Part shown: positions 58,801 to 64,000 of the stretch, piece after piece
Layout: every line of letters starts with the position of its first letter
Position numbering within the stretch: position 1 is the first letter of the stretch
DNA from: an uncultured Boseongicola sp.
GTDB lineage: Bacteria > Actinomycetota > Acidimicrobiia > Spongiisociales > ZC4RG35
NCBI GenBank assembly: GCA_964194555.1
Contig: CAXMMT010000010.1
Location: 1,917 to 65,916 of the forward strand
Length of the DNA: 64,000 bases
Direction: 5' to 3'
Notes under the pieces: model-generated
What the model saw: only the letters and a program-made list of their open reading frames with translations
Database searches by the model: none
Told to the model about the DNA's origin: nothing
Made by a program: the position numbers and the translations under genes

Positions 58801-59817
58801 CTATTCGGCGAAGTGACAGGCAACCCAGTGATTGGCGCCGAGCTCACGCCACACCGGTTCTTCAGACACGCATCGCTCCTGTGCAATGGGGCAACGGGTG
58901 TTGAATGGACAGCCGGGCGGTGGGTTGGCAGGGCTGGGTATGTCACCCTCCAGGATGATGTGCCGACGGGCTGCCTCGACCTCCGGGTCGGGGACCGGCA
59001 CCGCCGAAAGAAGCGCCTTCGTATAGGGGTGTTTGGGGTTGTTGTAGAGGGCGTCGACGTCGGACAACTCCATGATCTTTCCCAGGTACATGACCGCCAC
59101 CCGGTCGGCGATGTGGCGAACCATGGAGAGGTCATGGCTGATGAAGAGATAGGTCAGTCCAAGGACGTTCTGCAGATCCACGAGCAGGTTGACGACCTGG
59201 GCCTGAATCGATACGTCCAGGGCAGCGATCGGCTCGTCACAGACAATGAAATCGGGGTTGAGGGCGATGGCGCGGGCGATCCCGATTCGCTGTCGCTGAC
59301 CACCAGAAAACTCATGGGGATACCTGTTGGCGTGCTTTGGCTCCAGTCCTACCACGCTCAAGAGCTCCTCGACTCTCTGCTGGCGCTCGTCACCCTTCGA
59401 CCTCTTGTGCTCCCGAAGGGGCTCGGCGATGATCGTCCCTACTGTCATCCTCGGATTCAGCGAGGAGTGGGGATTCTGGAAGACCATCTGCATTCGGGGG
59501 CGCAACGCGCGGAGCTCCTCGCCTTTGATCTGACTGAGATCAGTGTTTTCGAAGATCACCGTCCCTTCCGTAGCTTCCTCGAGCTGCAAAATCACCCGTC
59601 CGGTAGTCGACTTGCCGGACCCGCTTTCGCCGACCAGTCCCAGGGTCTCACCGCGATAGATGTCAAAACTGACTCCGTCAACGGCCCTGACTGCGCCTAC
59701 TTGACGCTTGAAGACCCCCTTCATTATGGGGAAGTGCTTCTTCAGATCGGTCACACTGACCAGAACCTCGCGGTCGGCGTTGCCCGGTGTGGCTGGATCC
59801 AAAGCGTTACTTTCCAT
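58801..59817 (-). CDS. peptide ABC transporter ATP-binding protein (DppF/OppF family)
   Basis: Start ATG 59817 (MESNALDP). [17 protein letters not shown], and a C-terminal oligopeptide-transporter domain. Confidence 0.85.
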   Translation of the reverse strand: MESNALDPATPGNADREVLVSVTDLKKHFPIMKGVFKRQVGAVRAVDGVSFDIYRGETLGLVGESGSGKSTTGRVILQLEEATEGTVIFENTDLSQIKGEELRALRPRMQMVFQNPHSSLNPRMTVGTIIAEPLREHKRSKGDERQQRVEELLSVVGLEPKHANRYPHEFSGGQRQRIGIARAIALNPDFIVCDEPIAALDVSIQAQVVNLLVDLQNVLGLTYLFISHDLSMVRHIADRVAVMYLGKIMELSDVDALYNNPKHPYTKALLSAVPVPDPEVEAARRHIILEGDIPSPANPPPGCPFNTRCPIAQERCVSEEPVWRELGANHWVACHFAE

Positions 59818-60808
59818 AGCGGGGCCTGTCGTTTTCGACGTCCCACCAGCAGGCGACGGCATGAGTGTCGTTTATGTCGACCAGCTCGGGGTTCTCCTCG
59901 CGGCAGAGGTCGTAGGCGTAATCACAGCGTGGGGCGAACGAGCAGCTAGTCGGCCTTTCGGAGAGGCTGGGGGGCTGTCCCCTGATGCTGACCAGCTCCT
60001 CGCCCTTTCGGTCGAGACGGGGCAGTGATCCGAGTAGGCCCAAGGTATAAGGATGCTGTGGCTTGGCGTAGAGCTCGCCTACTTCGGCCTTCTCCACAAT
60101 TTCCCCGCCGTACATCACCAGCACCCTGTCCACGAGGCCGGCGATGACACCAAGATCATGGGTGATCCAGATCAGGGCTGTTCCGAGCTTCTCGCGCAGG
60201 TCGCGAATGATGGCGATGATCTGGGCTTGGATGGTGACATCGAGAGCGGTAGTCGGCTCATCGGCAATGAGCAGCCGGGGGTCACAGGCGAGGGCGACCG
60301 CGATCATGACTCTCTGTCGCATTCCGCCCGACAGTTCGTGGGGGTAGTTGTCGAGCTGCTGTTCGGCGTCGGGGATTCCGACCAGATCCAACAAGGCGGC
60401 GGTGCGCTTGTCGAGCTCTTTCCGGGGAGTGTCGGTATGGAGCTTGAGGGACTCCTTGAGTTGATGACCGATGGTGAGCACAGGGTTCAGTGATGTCATC
60501 GGATCCTGGAAGATGAATCCGATCTTTCCACCCCGGACCTCTCGCAGCTCCTTGATGTCCAGGGTCAGCAGGTCCTTGTCTTCAAAGATGGCTTCACCAC
60601 CGACGATCTCACCGGGAGGCATCGGAATCAGTCGAAGCAGGGACATCATCGTCACGCTCTTCCCCGATCCGCTCTCTCCTACGATGCCGAGAAATTCGCC
60701 TTTTTTCAGATTGAAACTGATCCCGTTGACAGCGTGGACCATTCCGTCCTGGGTGTCGAACTGGGTCCACAGGTCGGTTACCTGGAGTACTGGCTGCGGT
60801 TCGCTCAT
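59807..60808 (-). CDS. peptide ABC transporter ATP-binding protein (DppD/OppD family)
   Basis: 333 aa. [29 protein letters not shown]. Confidence 0.85.
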   Translation of the reverse strand: MSEPQPVLQVTDLWTQFDTQDGMVHAVNGISFNLKKGEFLGIVGESGSGKSVTMMSLLRLIPMPPGEIVGGEAIFEDKDLLTLDIKELREVRGGKIGFIFQDPMTSLNPVLTIGHQLKESLKLHTDTPRKELDKRTAALLDLVGIPDAEQQLDNYPHELSGGMRQRVMIAVALACDPRLLIADEPTTALDVTIQAQIIAIIRDLREKLGTALIWITHDLGVIAGLVDRVLVMYGGEIVEKAEVGELYAKPQHPYTLGLLGSLPRLDRKGEELVSIRGQPPSLSERPTSCSFAPRCDYAYDLCREENPELVDINDTHAVACWWDVENDRPRYGK

Positions 60809-60874
60809 CTGTATCCGGTGGCTCGGGTGATCGGCAGGCTAACGCTGTCGACGCCGAGGGGTTGCCCACCGCAC

Positions 60875-62014
60875 TTACAGAGTATTCCAGACGTCCTGTT
60901 CCGCCATGTCGATGATGGTGAACGCCATTGCCAGTGCACCGTCACGGATGGCTGTGTCGCCCGACGGGGTCACAGTGGCGTCGGCGAACTCCTTCTGATG
61001 GTTGACGGCATCCCCACTTTCGATGCCGAGCATCGGGTGGATGGAGGGAACGACCTGGCTGACATTGCCCATATCGGACGAGCCTCCTTCGCGTCCTGTC
61101 TCCGCCTCGGTGGGCATGGGGCGGCCGAGAGACTCCGAGTTCGCCGAGAAGAGCCCGGTCATCACCGGGTTGTTGACCATGTTGAGATACGGATAGTCGT
61201 TCGGAGTTACCTCGATTCGACATCCGGTAGCCGTTGCCGCCGCTTCAAAGCAGGCCTTTACTTTCGGGACGAATTCCTGAAGACGTTCATTGGTGCCCGA
61301 CCGGACACCCCAAGACGAACTGGTGTGCGAGGGAATGATGTTGGAAGCGTCGCCACCGTGGGTGATGATGCAATGGACCCGGTCGTCGGGAAGCATGTGC
61401 TGTCTGAAAGTTGCCACATTCAGATATGCCTGGACGAAGGCGTCGAGGGCGTTGATCCCTATGTGTGGCGTGGCCGCGGCGTGGGATTCCTTGCCAAAGT
61501 ACTCGACGGTGAAGCTCTCCCTTGCCTGGAAAGAGGGATCGAGCATGTCTGTGGGGCTGGGGTGGATCATCATCGAGGCGGCGGCGTCTTCAAAGGCGCC
61601 GGCGTCGATCAGGGCGACCTTGCCACCCCCACCCTCCTCGGCGGGCGTGCCCAAGACTGTGACCCGAATATCGAGTTTGTCGGCGAGGGCCGCGGTGGCG
61701 ATCCCGGCGCCAAGGGCCGCGGTCGCGATGATGTTGTGACCGCAGGCGTGCCCGACTTTGGGCAAGGCGTCGTACTCGCAGCAGATGACGACCCGGGGAC
61801 CGCTCGATCCGACGTTCGCCTCGAAAGCGGTGTCCAGCCCATACGCCGGGTAGTCGACCTCGAAACCGTGCGCTCCGAGGAACTCACCCAGCCGGCGAGA
61901 AGACTCGAATTCCTGGTAGCCGAGTTCCGGGTTGTCGTGCAACCACCTGGAGATGGACTGAAGTTCGCCCTCGACCGACGAGAAGGCCTGCTCGGCACTC
62001 TCTTTTCGACTCAT
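60875..62014 (-). CDS. M20-family metallopeptidase/amidohydrolase (PM20D2/AbgB-like dipeptidase)
   Basis: Start ATG 62014. CCEYDALPKVGHACGHNIIA metal-binding region; 379 aa. Confidence 0.8.
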   Translation of the reverse strand: MSRKESAEQAFSSVEGELQSISRWLHDNPELGYQEFESSRRLGEFLGAHGFEVDYPAYGLDTAFEANVGSSGPRVVICCEYDALPKVGHACGHNIIATAALGAGIATAALADKLDIRVTVLGTPAEEGGGGKVALIDAGAFEDAAASMMIHPSPTDMLDPSFQARESFTVEYFGKESHAAATPHIGINALDAFVQAYLNVATFRQHMLPDDRVHCIITHGGDASNIIPSHTSSSWGVRSGTNERLQEFVPKVKACFEAAATATGCRIEVTPNDYPYLNMVNNPVMTGLFSANSESLGRPMPTEAETGREGGSSDMGNVSQVVPSIHPMLGIESGDAVNHQKEFADATVTPSGDTAIRDGALAMAFTIIDMAEQDVWNTL

Positions 62015-62027
62015 AGGTGAACCGTAG

Positions 62028-62806
62028 TCAGAGTCGGTCCCAGACGTTTTTCTCGGCCAGGTCGATGATTGTGTGGGCCATTGCCAGGGCACCGTCGCGG
62101 ATGGCACCCTCACCAGACGGAGTGATCGTGGCGTCCGCGAACCCGGGTTGATGGTTGACGGCGTCGGTCTCGAGGGCGATGGACGGATGTATGGATGGGA
62201 CGATGTGGCTCACGTTGCCCATGTCGGACGATGCGAAGGTCTGCACCCCTTGGGCGTATGTCGGCATCTCACGACCGATCTTGTTGGAGTTGTCGACAAA
62301 GAGGTTGGTCATGATGGGGTTGCTGACAAGGTCGGTGTAAGGCTCGCCCTCGGTGATGATCTCGAGTCGGCATCCTGTTGAAGTGGCGGCCGCTTCGAAA
62401 CAGCCGATGATCCGCTTCTTCAACTCATCGAAGCGCTCGGACGAGCCAGCCCGGACGAGCCAGCGCGACTTTGTGTAGGCGGGGATGACATTGCGACGCC
62501 GCCATGGTCGATCACGCCGTGGGCGCGGTCGTCCGATTCGAACTGCTGGCGAAGTGTCGAGATGTTGTTGTAGGTCTGGACCACCCGGGGTCCGCTCGAT
62601 CCGGCGTGAGCCTCGAAGGCGGTATCGATCCCGTAGGCCGGGTAGGTGACCTCGAATCCGTGGTCACCGAGAAACTCGCTCAGCCGCCGTGACGACTCGA
62701 ACTCCTCAAACGCCAGCTCCGGGTTTTCGTACATCCACTTCGAGATTGATCGAAGTTCGACCTCAACCTCGGCGAACGCCTCGGTTGCGCGGTGCTTCTG
62801 ACTCAT
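62028..62806 (-). pseudogene. degraded tandem paralogue of the M20 peptidase (internal deletion plus frameshift)
   Basis: N-terminal 75 aa align with the intact copy up to SSGPRVV. The sequence then jumps to QTYNNISTLRQQ (about residue 220 of the intact copy), losing the GHACGHN metal site. The frame switches near 62496-62506, and the remainder (NVIPAYTKSRW...AEKNVWDRL*) continues in ORF 62028..62423. Confidence 0.7.
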
Positions 62807-62851
62807 GACTGCAACGCTAGGACGGTTAGGCGGTCGAGCACCACAGCCGGG

Positions 62852-64000
62852 TTAGTCGCCCGACTCCCGAAACACCGCTGTGAAGGTTCGGACGAGGATC
62901 TTCACGTCGAGTGGCACCGAACTGGTCTTGACGTACACCTCGTCGTAGTGAGTTCTCTCCGCCATGGTGATGGTGTCCCGTCCCTCGACCTGCGCGAGAC
63001 CGGTGATCCCCGGTTTGACATCAAAACGGGGATTGCCCGCACCGATCAATTCGGCTTCCGCAGGTACTAGCGGCCTTGGTCCGACCAGCGACATCGGCCC
63101 ACGGACAACGTTCCAGAGATTGGGTAACTCGTCGATCGACCATCGGCGGAGGAAGTGGCCAACGACAGTTATTCGATCGTCTTCCTCAATGCGGATTTTG
63201 GGTGCCGTCTCGGTGTGTCGCGACGCTTCGAGACGGGCCAGATGCTCAGCGAATACCAGTTCGTCGTTGTCTGCCTCCATGGTTCTGATCTTCAGCATCC
63301 CGAAGGACTCTCCGCCCTTGCCGATCCTGGTCTGCCGGAAGAAGATCGGTCCGGGGCTGTTGATCCGCACGGCGATGCCCGCCAGAACGATCACCGGTGT
63401 GGTCAGCACCAGAACCACCAACGACACCGCAATGTCAAGGGTCCTCTTGGCAACTTTGGCAGCCGCCTTGGAGTCTTCCTTGATCTCATCGGCGGCCCTG
63501 ACGACCACCGCACCGGCAACCAGAGCTGCCAGGGCGAGGACCTCACCGACAGCGAAGCTGATTCCGACCCTGGTCACAGTGTCCAGCGATGCGGTGAGGA
63601 TGAGGGCCGCCGCCGCCGAGAGAAGACCGCTCAGCCAAGCGATGGCCAGTCTGAGCGATTGTCCGCGGGCCACCAGGATTTGACCGACGAAGAGACCGCC
63701 GCCGGCAAACACCACGCCAAAGGCGATAGCGGATGCTGTCAAACGACTCGGGGCGAAGTCGGCTCCGAAGGCAATTTCGACGATCCACGGGCCCACCAGC
63801 CATCCCATCGCTGCGGCGATGACAGCCAGACCCGATGCCGCCCATCCCATGCCACGCGCCCATGCCCGCAACTCCTGACGTTCTCCCCGTGCAGCCATTT
63901 CGGTGAAGGGAGGCAGTATCCGTGCCAGAAGGTTGTAACCGAAGGTGAGAGGGGCCCGCCCCAAAGTGAATGCAGCGAAGGCAATGCTGATTTCGACGGC
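62852..64000 (-). CDS. polyprenyl-phosphate sugar phosphotransferase (bacterial sugar transferase family), 5'-partial at window edge
   Basis: C-terminal catalytic domain KRTLDIAVSLVVL...SPGPIFFRQTRIGKGGESFGMLKIRTM...DELPNLWNVVRGPMSLVGPRP. A multi-TM N-terminal region precedes it. The reading frame is open to position 64000. Confidence 0.75.
   Translation of the reverse strand, partial: AVEISIAFAAFTLGRAPLTFGYNLLARILPPFTEMAARGERQELRAWARGMGWAASGLAVIAAAMGWLVGPWIVEIAFGADFAPSRLTASAIAFGVVFAGGGLFVGQILVARGQSLRLAIAWLSGLLSAAAALILTASLDTVTRVGISFAVGEVLALAALVAGAVVVRAADEIKEDSKAAAKVAKRTLDIAVSLVVLVLTTPVIVLAGIAVRINSPGPIFFRQTRIGKGGESFGMLKIRTMEADNDELVFAEHLARLEASRHTETAPKIRIEEDDRITVVGHFLRRWSIDELPNLWNVVRGPMSLVGPRPLVPAEAELIGAGNPRFDVKPGITGLAQVEGRDTITMAERTHYDEVYVKTSSVPLDVKILVRTFTAVFRESGD

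Noticed and set aside
60734-62020. 428-aa ORF on the plus strand over the M20 peptidase gene
   Set aside because: Antisense to a well-supported gene. The composition is Arg/Gly/Val-rich with no motifs. Shadow ORF.
62438-62465. Apparent 14-nt tandem repeat cggacgagccagcC / cggacgagccagcG inside the M20 pseudogene
   Set aside because: When translated (SRWLVRAGSSERF) it aligns residue for residue with the intact paralogue (SSWGVRSGTNERL) without any insertion. It is native coding sequence and not a duplication event.
1-64000. Search for CRISPR arrays, rRNA genes, intact IS transposases or integrases, and prophage genes
   Set aside because: I saw no regularly spaced repeats, rRNA-like conserved blocks, DDE or tyrosine-recombinase motifs, or phage structural genes in any frame.

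Overview
This is a high-GC window (roughly 60%, estimated by eye) that is densely coding, and its gene families look actinobacterial (DUF222-HNH, DUF3105, DUF4262, LipJ-like cyclase, Zur box). I see no rRNA, CRISPR array or intact transposase.

The core content is metabolic:
- frdABCD fumarate reductase.
- A one-carbon/formate block: an NAD-type formate dehydrogenase module, fdhD, fhs and soxBDAG.
- Three tandem acyl/aryl-CoA ligases that converge on boxB-boxC.
- paaK plus two acyl-CoA dehydrogenases.
- A zur/znuACB locus with a clear Zur-box palindrome.
- A copB/cytochrome c/DUF3105 copper cluster.
- A dpp/opp-type peptide ABC operon followed by M20 dipeptidase paralogues.
- The start of a polysaccharide locus.

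Observations worth a second look:
1. The formate dehydrogenase catalytic subunit has an in-frame TGA at the FdhF selenocysteine position. The FDH alpha subunit is also split, with its two halves encoded in permuted order around a fused nuoE-nuoF gene.
2. A cluster of nucleotide-cyclase-fold genes: a cyclase-STAND-TPR protein, an alpha/beta-hydrolase-cyclase-MaoC triple fusion, and a DUF2652 remnant between them.
3. A decaying toxin-antitoxin islet beside a 3' tRNA-Met fragment. It holds an AbiEii-type nucleotidyltransferase with a downstream coupled HTH gene, a hicA broken by a 10-bp tandem duplication, and an RraA-like relic.
4. A MITE-like inverted-repeat element, with a second copy about 5.3 kb away, each abutting a stop codon.
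5. A 112-bp relic of a second soxA/soxG copy next to a frameshifted DUF222-HNH gene.

All functional calls rest on motif recognition by eye and none was confirmed by a database search.
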